Source: Heteronotia binoei
Lineage: Eukaryota
Assembly: GCF_032191835.1 (NCBI RefSeq)
Contig: NC_083240.1
Span: forward strand, 48,546,001-48,610,000
DNA: 64,000 bases
Direction of reading: 5' to 3'
Part shown: positions 1 to 13,475 of the stretch, one piece after another
Layout: every line of letters starts with the position of its first letter
How positions within the stretch are numbered: the first letter of the stretch is position 1
The notes under the pieces: model-generated
The model's input: the letters and a program-made list of their open reading frames with translations, nothing else
What the model was told of the DNA's origin: nothing
The model's database searches: none
Translations under genes and position numbers: made by a program

Positions 1-656
1 GGTTCTGTGCTGTCAGAGGGAACTCGGTGGCTGGATTGTGCTAATGGTCAGCGACTGCATAGGATGTAAAAGACAATACAGGGAGAGGATCTTTGTCTTC
101 TAGCCTGGTGTAGCTTAATGGCTTTCATCCTGTTGGCACTCCCTGTTTTCTCCCCAAAAGGCTTCCTTGACAGTTGACATCCCTGCAAGGTCACTTGCTG
201 TGTTCATTGCTGCAGGATTAATCATGAGATGCAAAGGGCGGCAGTTGCTCCCCACACTTTGTACTTGCCGCATGGCTGAAGGGGGGGGGGGGGGCGGTGT
301 ACAGATGAAAGTGACGTAGGCAGCATCTGTCTGTGGCTTTTTCTCCCAGATGTGCAGAAGCCAGAATTTGACCCCATTGCATGTTAAGGCATGTGGCACT
401 AGGACTCTGCTGAATGCCCAAGCTGGCCCAAAGAGCGCATAAAAATTGCTGTGCTGGATCAGACCGAGGTCCATGTCACCTTCTCCAGCAGCGGCAGCTG
501 GATGCTGCTCTGGGGTGCTGGCAAGTGGGTCGTCATGGGAGTGCCCTCCCCGCCCCCCACTGCTGGGCTCTGTGCTGAGCAGCAGGTTGCCTCTGGGCTG
601 GGGGTTTGCACGATGCTTTCTCCTGTTCTAAACTGATGCTTCCTTACCTTTTCTAG

Positions 657-709
657 CCTGTAGTGAAGCTGCTTTACAACAGAAGTAATAACAAATACTC
701 CTACACGAG
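657..709 (+). CDS. TNFAIP1: TNFAIP1 (BACURD2) internal coding exon, 53 bp
   Basis: ttctag|CCT...ACG AG|gtaag; encodes PVVKLLYNRSNNKYSYT(S), matching the recalled KCTD10/KCTD13/TNFAIP1 family sequence. Phase joins the next exon (AG+C = Ser). Confidence 0.95.
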
Positions 710-1517
710 GTAAGCCCTGTGCTTTCTGAGTCCGGATGGTCCTTTTCTGTGCTGCTGGCACAAAGGCCCTACAGGGCTGCCACAACCTGCCCCCTGGAGG
801 TGGAGGGGCTTGGGAAGTCAGGCAGCCTCATGCGGGAGCTTCGCGAGGTTTGGGGGTGGGAGGTGGCTGACTGGCTGGGAGGCAGATCAGATCTGTTTAT
901 TTGATTGGTTTATATCCTGCCTTTCCCGCCCCCCAGCGGGGGCCTGGAGTTGCTTATGTGGTTCTGCTGTTTCAGTTTTAACCTCACAACAACCCCTTGA
1001 GGTTGACGAGGTCAGGTAAGAATGACTGACCCAAGTCTCCCAGTGAGCTCCCATGGCAGCAGAGGGGGGATTCGAACCTGGGATTCCTAGTCCAACACTT
1101 GGACCACTGGCTGATAGGGTAGTGGAGTGGAGAAGAGCCAGGAGGGCGGGAGGGAGAGAGGGGGCCGCCCACAGATAAAGTGAAAACTTAATAGGAGGTG
1201 GTTATTATTATGGAACGAAACCCTCTGCCGGCAGGTGTTCAAAGAAGAGCCAATGCATTTTTAATCCACCCTTCTTTCCAGGGGCTCAGAGCTGCAACCA
1301 TAATTCCCAGCCCTGCGTTCTCGTCTCTTGCAGCCCTGGGATGCTCATCTCTCTGGCAGGGAATGTGTCTGTCCCCAGTTGTGCCAGATTTGGTAACCAT
1401 ATTGTGGGTAGTCTGGCTTAGCAAAATTATCACTTATTCATTTCTGGGATTAAAGCTGTAATGATAGCATTGTTCCATGGACTGGGTTTCTGTTGGTTTT
1501 ATGTAGTTATTTTATTT

Positions 1518-2550
1518 AATCTCAGAGTTGGAAGGGACCACCAGGATCATCTAGTCCAACCCCCTGCTAACACAGGAACTACAGCTATAATATCCCAGAT
1601 AAGTAGGTATCCACATGATACTTAAAAACCTCCAGTGACAAACAAGGCAGACTGTTCCAGTGTCAAGCACCTCTTAGCATCAGGAAGTTCTTCCTCTAAT
1701 TTAGGTGAAACTGCCTTTGCTGTAGTTTATATCCATTAATCTGAGTCCTGTCATCCAACACAATGGAAAACCTGTGTGCCCTGTCCTCTGCGTGGCAATC
1801 CTTTAGGTATCTCTCAGGTGGCAATCTGATCAGGCGTCTCTTCTCCAGTGTAGAGATTCCCAGCTTCTTTACCCTCCCCTCATAGGACACAGTCTCCAAA
1901 CCTCTCCCTGGCTACTTGGGGCTCCTTTTAGCTTTTTGACATCCTTCCTAAATTGTAGTGCCCCAAACTGAAAACAGTGCACCAGGTGAGGTCTGGCCAG
2001 AGCAATGTGGCACCAGTGCCTCATGTGACCTCGACACCGGTGGTGGTGGAAAGGGCCATCAAGTCGCAGCTGACTCATGGCGACCCCTCATGGAGTCTTC
2101 AGGGCAGGAGACGCTTCTGTTATGCTGCCTAAAACTGCCTTAGCCTTTTTTACTGTCGCTTTACACTATTGGCTCATATTATAGCCCACTAGAAACCTCA
2201 AATTCTTTTCACAAGTTATAACTTCCCAGCCTAGTTTCACCCATCCAGTATTTATATGGCTGATTTTTATGACCCAAGTGCAACACTTTACACTTGTCCC
2301 TATTAAATTTCATTTTATTCGCCTGGGGCCAATGCGCCACCCTCTTTCTGTCTGCCCCACCCTGAGACACCCATGGGAAGGGCGGGATATAAATTCTAAA
2401 TAAATAAAAAATAAATAAATAAATAAAAATAGTATCAGCCACAGATCTGATGAGCATGTTCAGAACTCCCTCGTCTATGTCATTTATAAAGACGTTAATT
2501 AACACTGGGGCAAAACAATCCTGAGACACCCCACCTCTCGCCTCCCTCCA
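1518..2550 (-). mobile_element. 5'-truncated CR1 LINE, decayed, with small nested SINE-tail insertions
   Basis: Minus ORFs 2209-2577 (INVFINDIDEG...KMKFNRDKCKVLHLG) and 1696-1899 are CR1 RT C-terminal motifs. CR1 3' UTR (gagttggaagggacc...ctagtccaaccc) near 1525. Insertions at about 2040-2120 and a (TAAA)n tail at about 2355-2430. Confidence 0.85.
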
Positions 2551-3062
2551 GGGTAGCAAGGAAACCCAAATGAACACACTTCAGGTACGGTTTTCCAACC
2601 AGGCCTTAATCCACGTAATGGTAATGAGGTCTAGTCCATGTGTCAACAACTTCTCCACAAGAACCTCATGCTTTTAGGTGAATATAAACAATTATGATAC
2701 TCTCTAGTCAAAATTAAGCTGAAAGTCAAGCAGTTAGATCCTATTGGATGAGATGCACATGTATGCTGAACTCTCCTGTTGAAATGTGCCTGACAGGGCT
2801 ACATCACACCCTTATTTCAGCCGCCCTGCCCCAAAAGCCCCAACAAGGAGGGGCAGTCTTCTCTCTGCGGATCCTCGTGGAAGGCTCAAGCGTGAGAGGG
2901 ATCAGTTCACCCCGGGGCAGCCATGAATTTGCCCTCCTGGGCCTTTGAGTGGAAGAGAGCAAGATGACTTCAAGGCCCCTGTGGTTAAGGAGGCTGGGAT
3001 CACAGCTGTGGCATTACGGAGAATGGTCCCCCCTGACAGTCAGACCGTGGCTGGGTCAGCAC

Positions 3063-3256
3063 CAAGGTTCCCTCTAAGCTGCAGAATCTTGTGAGCAAAA
3101 ATTCTACTTGGTGAGCTCCTGGCACGAAAGTTGTGAGCTGCTGCATAAATTAGTATGCTCTGGGGCCGTCCTTCCTGAGCTAAGACAACAATGTGTGAGC
3201 TGGAGGCTAAAAATTTGTGAGCTGACTCATGCTAACTCAGCTTAGAGGGAACACTG
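3063..3256. mobile_element. hAT-type MITE (family A); partial copies at about 10330-10480, 29930-30050, 41395-41480 and 51095-51255
   Basis: TIRs caaggttccctctaagctg / cagcttagagggaacactg; exact 8-bp TSD gtcagcac at 3055-3062 and 3257-3264. Confidence 0.85.
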
Positions 3257-4032
3257 GTCAGCACAGAGGGTGAGAGGTTTGGGCTCAGGTTCAAACTGTC
3301 ATCCCATCACAAAGTTCAGCGGATTTTGTTCTTATGTTTTTATCTTCCCTTTCATGGGCGGGAGGAGGGCTTGGGTTGTGTGACTCACCATCTTCTCTGG
3401 CTGATCAGTCTCCTTGAATAAACAGATAAAATGGCTTTCCCCAACTGAGGATGGTGTCTGTCAGAGCCCAGAAAAGACTGACGGAAATGTCAGAATGATC
3501 GGAGTGCTCTCCTCACAAGAGGAGGTGAAGTGATTTGGGAGCCTGAGTGGGTTTTAGGGGAGGACACCATCAAGGTTTATAAAATTACGCATGATGTAGA
3601 AAAGTGGCTGGATTGGACCCTTCCTCTCACCCTCGTCATTCCAGAGCTTGGGGGGTGCCCAGGGAAGCCGCTGTGCAGGCGATTTGAGACAGGCTGAGCC
3701 TCTCGCCCAGGGTTGTGAAGTCCAGCCTTTCTGCAGATTTGGAGGGGGGCCTTGGGGGGAGCAGAGTGCTCAGCAGGGTCTGTCTGCCTTCCAGAGGAGA
3801 GAAGAGGCAAACTCCAGCCCCTGCCTGGAGGTTGTCGTCCCTGGCTATTGCTTCCATGTCCATTGGGAGAGGGTCCTGGTCAGGGAAATGGGATGCTGTG
3901 GGTCTCATCGGGGGGGGGGGGACTTCTCTGGTTCTTGTGCAGAAGAGCACAGTCAGGATAGATAAAATGGCCCAAGGGGGCATTTGGGTCTCCTCCCCGC
4001 TTCATTTCTGCTCTCTTCCCCTTGCATTTCAG

Positions 4033-4228
4033 CAACTCTGATGACAACTTATTGAAGAACATTGAACTGTTTGATAAGCTGTCCCTCCGCTTCAATGGGC
4101 GGGTCCTCTTCATCAAGGATGTGATTGGTGATGAGATCTGCTGCTGGTCCTTCTACGGGCAGGGGCGGAAGCTGGCTGAAGTTTGCTGCACATCCATAGT
4201 CTACGCTACCGAGAAGAAGCAGACCAAG
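4033..4228 (+). CDS. TNFAIP1: TNFAIP1 internal coding exon, 196 bp
   Basis: tttcag|C AAC...ACC AAG|gtacga; encodes [65 protein letters not shown]. Confidence 0.97.
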
Positions 4229-6411
4229 GTACGACGGGGACTGTGGCCTCTGGCTTCCAGCAGGGAGACGTTCCTGTGAGCAAGGCAAGCTCCAGCCCTT
4301 GTGCTGGAGAGGAAGGGGGAGTCGGTGAACATAGTTCTAGCTTAGCACTTGCTCAGCTGCTATTGAGAGCAGGAAGCAGCCAGTTCTCCCCGCCCCCATC
4401 TGTTGTGCTCAGCCAAGAATTCTCAGGGATTACATTTGAACTGACCTTTAATGCTTTTTTGCACTGGTTCCTTCATTCATGAGCCTGCTTTCGCGGGGAG
4501 GGCGAGATATAAATGGAATAAAATAAATTCCTGCTCGGTACTTTGGGAAGGAGGGGACATTTCTGACCATAAGCAGAGGGACCCACAAGGACTCATGGCG
4601 GGGAGGGGAGATGCGCTTCCTCTCCTTCCTTGGCGCTTGTTCTGTCTGTGTGTGGTTCTCGTGGCCTGTAGTTGCTTGAGGGAGGGGGAGTGGTCTGGGC
4701 GTTTGCAAACATGGTTATTTGGGGGAGTCACCCCCATGTAGATCTCTCTCCACTGCTCTGCATCCCGAGGGATTAGCCAGAGCCACAGAAACACGTTGCC
4801 AAGCCTCGAGTGCCCTCCTTGGTGGGTTTTCCTGACCAGCAAGGGAGGTATGAAATCAAGCAAGTGGGGCAGTACATACAGCATGGTGTGGGGGCTTGAT
4901 TGTCAGTCTGGGCTCTGGGAGACCCAGGTTTAAATCTTCCCTCCAAGGGTTGCTGTGCAGATAAAATGGGGAAGGGGAGAAGGCTGTCAGCAACTTTGCA
5001 TCACTGCTGGGGGGGGGAAGTGTGGTAACTCCTACTAACTGCAGTTTTGAATTGGATCAGTTGAGCACAATAGGTTAGGACAGAGGTGTCTAATGCCCAG
5101 GGCTCCTTTCTGACCCCTCCTGCTCCTCCTATCCTCACCCTTTGAAGCTTGGAGGCTGCCGATGTCCCAGCTCCTTCTGCTTTGTCTTTGCTGCCTGCAG
5201 CAGGAAGCTTTTCTGGACTTGCAAAGCTGCAAAGAAAATGCAAAGTGGATTTTTGTCTCTGCCCAAGCAGCTCCTGGGAGCAACAGTAATGTCCTGGGAA
5301 TGGATTTCCATTCTAGGGGCCCTCATTCCAATCCCAGAATGCTTCTGCGACTCCCAAGGGCTGTCATTTCACTCTGGGGGCTGTCATACCAGTCCCAGAG
5401 TAGTCTGTGAGCCCAGAGACCTTAATGGAAAATCAGTTCCATGTTTTCTTTGCAACTTTGTCTGTGTTGCAATGTATTTCAATGGCGTGAAGCAAATGTA
5501 GTTTCACTTTGCAGCATATGTATGACCAGCTGAAGCTGTTGCTTGCTGGTTGTCTCCTTGCAAACAAAGGGTTGATGCTTTGAGCCACTTTGTCTCTGCT
5601 AAACGGATCTGAGAACTGGTGCCTAGTGAGTACTCTAACCTGGGAAACCAAGCCAAAGGGTGATATTACACTGGAGAGCCATTGCCAGCCTGAGAAGACC
5701 TTTCCATTTTAAACAAAATATTGCAGTCATTTTAAGCATGTTTATATTTTAAGTGTTTTTTAAATAAAAAATCTTTGTCTGTATCCTTTATAAAGTTTCT
5801 ATCTCCGCTACCTGTCATTACATTTTATGACACGCAGGGCCCCACAAAGTCCCTTTATGTCAGATCCAGCCCTGACAATGAGTCTGACACTCCTGGGTTA
5901 GGAGAAGGTGTTTGTCTCGGAAGGCCTGACCCTGGATTCACCACCTTGGACCAAGCACCCTCTTTCATCCTCACCTACCTCATCGGGCTGTTGTGCGAAT
6001 AAAATTAAAGAGGGGAGGTTGATGGGTCCCCTTTGGAGAGAAGAAAAAATATTTATATATTTACTTGTTTAATAAACTCTTGAGAGTTGCAAAGATGGTG
6101 AAGTTTCATCAGCTGCTGCTTCTGCCATCACTGCAGCAATTTTGTGGGGCCAAAAAAGAAATGTGTGAAAGACTGGATATCACCGCTTGCTTAGCAGACA
6201 CCCGCATATTTTTGCACATTTTTGCTTCTGTTGCCAAGTGGGAGGAGCTGCTGAGCGAGGCAGCCCTTTCCTGGAAAGCTGCTCTCTAATGTGGGAGAAT
6301 GTCTCATTTTTCATATGTACGTGCCACGGAAGGAAGTTACTTGTTTCTTGTAACTTCTCTCCCGGGGGTTCCCTTCCATTAACACCATCGTTGTCTCCCA
6401 CCTTCTTCCAG

Positions 6412-6630
6412 GTGGAATTCCCCGAGGCCCGGATCTACGAGGAAACACTGAATGTTCTGCTGTATGAGACCCCCCGCGTGCCCGACCATTCTCTGCTGGA
6501 GGCCACAAGCCGCAACCGAAGCCAGGCCTCTCAGAGCGAGGACGACGAGGGCTTTGAGCTGCGCGACAGGGTGCGGCGCATCCACGTGAAGCGATACAGC
6601 ACTTACGATGACCGGCAGATTGGCCACTAG
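6412..6630 (+). CDS. TNFAIP1: TNFAIP1 last coding exon to stop codon
   Basis: cttccag|GTG GAA TTC...CAC TAG; encodes [72 protein letters not shown]. This tail is diagnostic for TNFAIP1 rather than KCTD10/KCTD13. Confidence 0.97.
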   Translation: MEFPEARIYEETLNVLLYETPRVPDHSLLEATSRNRSQASQSEDDEGFELRDRVRRIHVKRYSTYDDRQIGH

Positions 6631-7284
6631 ACCCTTGTGGTCAGTGTTGAAGGGCATCTTTTGCTCAGAAAAGTCCCCTGGTCACATCTCTGGTATTTAT
6701 TTGCACCAGGCAGGACAGCTAGTTGTGATTTTGTGCCAACCAATTGAGCACATTTGTGACTTGTCACGTTGCAAGAGGATTGAGGGCCTGGTGCTTTTTG
6801 ATGCTTGTTAGCTTGAGCAGCATCTCTTAAATGAAGTGTCCCTTTTTCAGGCTCTGGAAGCCTCGGTGGATTGACTATCTCCCCCCCCCCCATCTTCCTT
6901 CCCTTGTCAGCCCCCCTCTCCCAGATGCTGCCTGAAGGACTCGGACTGAGTTTGACATCCAGATGCTGAGGATGACCAGAAGGTGGCCCAGCGGCTCTTT
7001 TCCTCTTTAAGGGAGACTGGCCTTTGTTGCTAAACTTGAGCAGAATTTGATTCTGAAGGATCCCTGGGAAGCTTCCTGCGCCCTCTTGCCTAAATCCCTT
7101 GCGTTGGGGGCACCTGCAAATCCTGGCGCTGGCTCCCCTCCCCCCACCTTGGAGCTGGGTCCACAGAGGCCCACCTGCCACTCATTCATGACTGCCCTGT
7201 GAGGAACGGCTGCTGAGCCTGCTCTTGGTCAGGTTATCCTAAACCAATTGGTTTTTTAAAAAAAATTATTTTAGTATATTGACA

Positions 7285-7290
7285 AATAAA
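7285..7290 (+). terminator. candidate proximal poly(A) signal of TNFAIP1
   Basis: First AATAAA seen after the stop codon; no transcript evidence. Confidence 0.2.
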
Positions 7291-9589
7291 ATCAGAGTAA
7301 GAAGCAGAGAATGGGAAACTCTCCGAGAGATTGCAAAGGCTGTTGGTATACTAACAGGTGGGTGAGGTTGAAGTTGGGCTGAGTCTGGGTCATGGTGAGC
7401 CATCCAGAGTAATGGATCCATGCTCAAATCAAAGGGCTTGCCAGGAACTCATAATCTTGCACAAGGGTCTGCTCTCCACCTTGGAAGTGCAATAAGCCCT
7501 AGCCTCCCCCCATCTCAGAGCACCATAATCGTGGATGTGGGAGATCCTTCATGTGCCTTCAAAGCGCCATGCTGCTACATGCACAGGCCATCGCCCCCCC
7601 GCCAGCCTTCTCGCACTTTGGCTTCTGTGCAAACCAGATGGAATTTCAACTTGCCACTCTCTGCTGTCCATGGTATTCTGCCTGCACCGAATAGGAACCA
7701 ATTAGATATGCTACTTGGCAACATGCATATATTATGCAAACTCATATTTTTGCATACTTTCTCTGCTAGCCATTGTGGGGAGAGCTAAACTAGACACTAT
7801 AGCATGATCATGAGAGACGTTGTTGAGTCCTTCTCCCATCCAGCTCTGTTTGCCTTCTAACATTTTAATTTGTCATTGTTCACACATTGACAATTGTGTC
7901 TTCAGTGCCATGAGTTCTAGAATCCTGACTGTTTTAAAAGCTGCAATTTCTGCATGCCAAGTCAAATCTTGCATTTGTACATGATGGCAGATTTGATGCA
8001 GCTCCAACTAATGTTCCAAAAGACACATTTTTTGCCTGTGAATTATGTCAGTTACTTGCATTCTGCTGAATTCAACATCTGTCATCTGTTTTTTCCCTGC
8101 TCTTTTTTTGTGTATGTGTCATATAACTGAGAACATATAGTGCCAGGATGGATTCTACACCTTTGAAATGCAATTGAGTCTGAATGTAATCTTCCCTTAC
8201 TCATTTCTCAAAAAAGGAACAAAAAATACGTTCTTTTCAGAAGCAGAGGTCTGAGAATATTCCTTGCCACTCATTTCTTTCCATTCAGACTATGTAAATC
8301 TTAATTGGCAGGGGCCTGGGGTTTTGGTACATTGGGAGGTCTGTCATAACTTCACCGAAGGCTGTTTGAAGGCCTGGCACCCGCTGGCTGACTTGGGGGT
8401 GGGGAAGGGCATCAAGTTGTCTTGCAGTGGGGGCATACCCTGGCTTCATCAAGCCCGGTTCCCTTCCATGTGGTCTGGAAGCATTTCTTCACTGGAGGCT
8501 CTGGGGCCTTCTGTAGGGGAGCTGGTCCTAAGAATGCTGGCCCCTGTGACATCATCTGCCTGTGACTGGCCATGGCTCTCTGGGAACTTTGGTCAGAGGT
8601 CCTCCTTGACCTAGGATTGGTCCTGGTACTTTCAGGGTGCAGAGCAAGGGCCCTGTGTTGAACTAAGATCGGGACATCGCCATTGAGGGCAGAAATAACA
8701 TGCCTGTTTTTCAGTTACTTTGTCAAGGGTCTTTCAGGTAGAAGGGACTTTGGGAATCCCTAAAAAGAAATCCTCACCTAGAGAGTGAAGTGATTGGTAG
8801 GAAAGAGCCAGAGTCCAGGAGCACCTTCAAGACCAGCACAATGAGTGGCTGCAGGGAGGAGCTTCGGGAGGCTCTGCTAATGTCATTGGGCGTCTGCAAT
8901 CACTCCACTTCCCAATATGCAGGACAGGTGGACTCCCCTTCTGGCCGTCTCTGAAGAAGGGACTGCAGGGCCCTAGGAAAGCTCCTCCCCCGCAGCCCCA
9001 CGTTTGGTGAGTCTTGCAGGGCTGCTGGGCTCTGGCTCTTCTCGGCTGCCCATCTTGATCTGCTGCAGGGGCATCCAGGAAGCCCTAAATTTAGCATAAT
9101 TTCTGCAAATTAGGCATTTGGATTCTTTTTGCTTGGTTTCCATGGTTTCAGGCTTTCAAATAACTTGGAATCGGTTATTAGATGAAAGAGGGGAGGGGAA
9201 GAGTGTGGAGACACTTGAGCACTTCATAACCACGAGAGTTAGAAATTTAGCGTTCTGTTAAACTGAAAGCTGATTGGTTTAAACAAGAGCAGCAGGAGGT
9301 GGGGGGTTCCTGCAGCCTTCCTTCCTTCCAAGACCCAGTTCATGCCATTTCCATGCATGGGATAGATTCTCTGCCTGTGTAGCAACAGTGTGGAAAACAT
9401 CATGGAGGCCTGAATTTTTTTCTCTCCTCTTAACCTAGAAATTTAGAGATAGGGCAGTTCCATTTTCTAGTGGTTGGGGGTGGGGATGTGTTTTAAGTAA
9501 CAAGGTTGTACACTCACTGTATGAGGCATTTCTTCTACATTTAGATTATGTGTTGGGATTTAAGGGTGTGCCACCGTTGGTAGGCCCTG

Positions 9590-9750
9590 ATCCAGGCTAA
9601 CCTGACTTGGAAGCTAAGCAGGGTTGATCCTGCTGGGCACTTGGACCAAGAAGTCCAGGGTTACTCTGCAGAAGCAGGGCTTGGCAAACTGCCTCCATTG
9701 GCCTCTTGCCCGGGGAATCCTGTGAGGTCGCCATGAGCCAGCCAGCACTT
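9590..9750 (+). mobile_element. degenerate 5S rRNA-derived SINE with RTE/BovB-like tail
   Basis: gaagctaagcagggttgatcctg resembles the 5S internal region, followed by ggcaaactgcctc...ggtcgccatgag tail. Confidence 0.45.
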
Positions 9751-12700
9751 TCTGCCTACTGTTGGTGTATTTTGGTTGTCTGCGTCTGCCAGATTAGGGG
9801 TGGCCAAATTGTGGCTCAGAAGCCACTTGTGGCTCTTTCACCTACATTGTGTGGCTCTCAACGCTCCCACTGACCCATCGGCCAGCTTGGAGAAGGCCTT
9901 TGTCTCTTTAAACCACTTCTCCTGGAGGGTTGGAGAATGTGTTTAAAATCAAAGTTGCTTTTTTCCCCTCCTCCCTCCCCCATCTGTTTGCTTTCTTTCC
10001 TTCCTGTCTTGTGGTTTTCAAACACCTGACGTTCATGTCTTGCGGCTCTCAAACATCTGATGTTTATTTTATGTGGCTCTTACAGGTGCAGATGATGTGT
10101 GGGAATAAATTCTCGCATGATCTTTCTCCCACTAGTTGCAGTGTGGCTTTATATCAGCTGCAGCTGTCCCTGGGCAGCATTCAGAAGCTCTGCTTGAGAC
10201 TCAGCCAAGGTGCTGGATTGTGTCCTGTCTCGCCTTCCACTCTTGAGAGCAACCAGTTCTGTGGGTTCCATTACAAAGGGGTTAGGAGCAATGCTTTCCT
10301 CTTAAGCTGTGGAGTCTTTTGAGCAACATCTCTAATTGTGAGCGACTGGCATTAAAGTCATGAGCTGCTGCATAAACTAGTTTGCTCTGGGGCCATTTTT
10401 CCGGAGCTAAGACAAAAATGTATGAGCTAGAGGCTAAAAAACTGAGCTAGCTCACACTAACTCAGCTCAGAGGGAAGACTGCTTAGGATATTACTCTCTG
10501 TTCTGAAAGTGCACAAAGTTAATCTGTAAATATAATTTTCTAGCACTGGCAACAGAGAGTCTTTATATGTCAAATTACTTTGCCAAAGTTCAGAGAAAAC
10601 ACAAAGGAATAAAGGAAAAAGTTCAGTTGGTCTTGTTGGCTACAGCCAGACTTCTACAAAGAATATGGTGGTTGATCCACAGTTGGTCTTTTAAGTTCAG
10701 AAGACTTCCCCAACCCCTCACTAATGGCAGGGAACGCGCTCTCCTCTGTGCAGGTGCCTTTAGACAAGGTTGCAAAGTATGGGGCTTTGATCCCTGGAGC
10801 ACTGTGGAACCAAATGGGGTTTGCTGCTAGTGACCGCTTGATAGACCTTGGAGAGTTTACCCCCTTTTTTGGCTTTGCTTTTAAAATAACATCCCACTCT
10901 CCATAGGAGTCCTTTTCTCCAAGGAAACTGATATCTGTGATAATGGGAGATGATCCCCAGGCCCTTTCTGGAGGTTGCCCAGTTGGCCTGGCCACAGCTG
11001 CTCTGAGGCAGCCAGGGGACACCCCACAGCGCCCCTCAGTGGTGGGAAGGAGCTGCTGCAGGGCAAGGCTGGGCTACAGTTCTGCTGCTACAGTCAAGGA
11101 TGGACTTGACCAGTAAGTGCCTGCCGTGTGGTCTTCTGCAGCACATGAGCCTCACAGATTTATTCCATACTCAGAGGAACATGATGCTCAGTTTGATATG
11201 GGGCAGTTCTTCATAAATCGATACACCGTTTAAAACAGCAGTCATAGTAAAACTGACACACTGTCTCACAAAATACTGGAATGTTAGTTTTTACCACTTT
11301 TTAGGAACTGTTGGATCTCCCTGCTTTTAACACGCTCTCCTTTTAATAAACTCCAGGGGGATAATATTCCCTAGCTGATGCTAGACAGTGACCCAAACGC
11401 TACTTACTTGGTTGCCAAATTTCTAACATTTTCTTTTAGTAAATAATCTATTATTCCTTTAATCACTGCTCAAGATCATGGTTGCTCTGAAAAGGAAAGC
11501 GAGGAAGCAAACTGGAGGGCAGCAGCTGCTTAAAATCCAAACTCCTCGGAGGACTGCTCTGCAGGGCAGTTTGTGGCTCACCAGATCATTGCAGTTTGGG
11601 TGACTTAGAGATTTCTGCATTGCTTGTAAAGATCATTGCCCACTCCGCAGTGGTGCTGTTCTGTGCTCTGTGTCAGCTTGGCAAGGGGAACAACTGGGAG
11701 GCTGCTGCTTGCGTGAGACTCAAAGCACTGCGGGGCGTCCTGTGCCCAGGTGCTGGCCAGTCCCAAGCAGGGATCTAATCAGGAGGCTTCTTGAGTGCCC
11801 TTTGTGGCTAGTGGGCTTCTCCCAGTGGGGTGAGTCGCAAACAGAGCAGGTGTGCAGGAATCACTCTGAATGTAGCCTGGCTGGCTTTTCAGGCTCTGGC
11901 TGTCTCTGTGGAGCTTCAAAAGAAGGTGTTACATCCTCAGGATGACAAATGAGAAGCAAAGGAGCCAGGCTGTTTTTTGTGAGGCCCCTCCACAGCCTTC
12001 CTCACCCTCTGTTGACAGCCTTGTAGCTCAGTTTGAAGTTTGAACCCTCTAGGCTCCCACCTCCTGCTCCAGCAGCCTTGAGCTCCCAGGCTGCACCCCC
12101 AGGAGCTGGCCAGCAGAGGCTTCTCTCTACACCAGCAGTGGCAAACAAGAGGCAGAGCAGACATGTCGCTTTGCCGGGCTGGGCCATGTGTGCCTTAAAA
12201 CCTAAGCCAGGTTACCAGGCAAACCCAATCAGCTATATTGTTTTTACCCAAATGCAAACCATGCTTAACCCATTAACACTCTCCTAGTATTTGCTTGAAG
12301 TGCCTCCCTCCATTGCTCATTAGGCAAGGGGCAGAGTGCACAACCTCTGGCAATCGAGGCAATGAAGAGCCTTGGCCAGGTGTATGCTTGGCACCCCTGC
12401 TGGACACACATTCTCTGGCCAATGGATTATGCCAGTGGGTGCCACATCCTGACAGTATCTAAAAGTCTCCCGCGTATCCCCAAAACTAGTGCATTGGCTG
12501 CCTGCACAGTGGCAGTCTTCTCTGGTGCTCTGCTGCTGCCCACCATGTGTCGGAATGGAAATACCTGCCTAGAATCTAGATGGGAAAGGTGGACTATCAA
12601 AAAAGTCAACAAAAGAGTTGCAGGATTATGATGTGAACCTGCCCTGAGTTTTTTCCGGTGCCTTGGAGGAGGCTGGTCAAGGGCGTGCTGGAGGACTTTA

Positions 12701-13028
12701 GCATCTTTTTAATCATTTGATTTTGACTGCTTTTTATGTACAGTATGTTTTAACAAACCTTGTCAGGATGGTCTAAAACTTTAAATAAAATAGTAGAAGA
12801 GACTATTCTGTCATGTTGACTCTTCCATATTCCATTGTAGGGTAGATCTGGGATAGCCAAGTTCGAATCAGAGGCTATTGAGTCTTCTGGAATCTGTTTC
12901 ATTCACAGAGATAGGAATACATTTTTGAAGCTTCAGGCAAGCAGAGAGGAAACTTGGTGATTTTATTCTGATCTATAACTTGGCCAACTTTTGTAAGTCC
13001 ACTTGGAGGCCTCCAATGGCAACTGTTT

Positions 13029-13475
13029 TTGTTGTTCAGTTGCACAGTCGAGTCCAACTCTTTGTGACCCCATGGACAAAGTCACGCCAGGCCCTCCTGT
13101 CTTCCACCATCCTCCAAAGTCTGCACAAATTCGTGTTAGTTACATCACTAACGCTGTCCAGCCATCTCATCTTTTGCCGTCCCCTTCTTCTTTTGCCTTC
13201 TGTCTTTCCCAGCATCAGGATCTTCTCCAGGGAGTGCTCCCTTCTCATTTGGTGGCCAGAGGATTTCAGCTTCAGCATCAGCATCTGACCTTCCAGGGAA
13301 CAGTCAGGGTTGATTTCCCTTAGGACTGACTGATTGGATCTTCTTGCAGTCCAAGGGACTCTCAAGAGTCTTCTCCAGCACCGCAGCTCAAAAGCATCTA
13401 TTCTCCTGTGCTCAGCCTTCCTTATGGTCCAGCTCTCACAGCCATACATTACTACTGGGAATAGTATGGCAGCTA
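13029..13475 (-). mobile_element. BovB (RTE clade) LINE 3' fragment
   Basis: Minus ORF 13036-13527 (FPVVMYGCESWTIRKAEHRRIDAFELRCWRRLLRVPWTARRSNQSVLREI...RWLDSV) is a typical BovB RT C-terminus; (CAA)n-type tail at 13029-13036. Confidence 0.9.

Noticed and set aside
6187-6411. N-terminal part of ORF 6187-6630 as coding
   Set aside because: It is intron read-through; homology begins at the AG acceptor at 6412.
11040-11120. Possible cryptic exon ending at cca|gtaagt
   Set aside because: Good donor, but no recognisable protein similarity or convincing acceptor.
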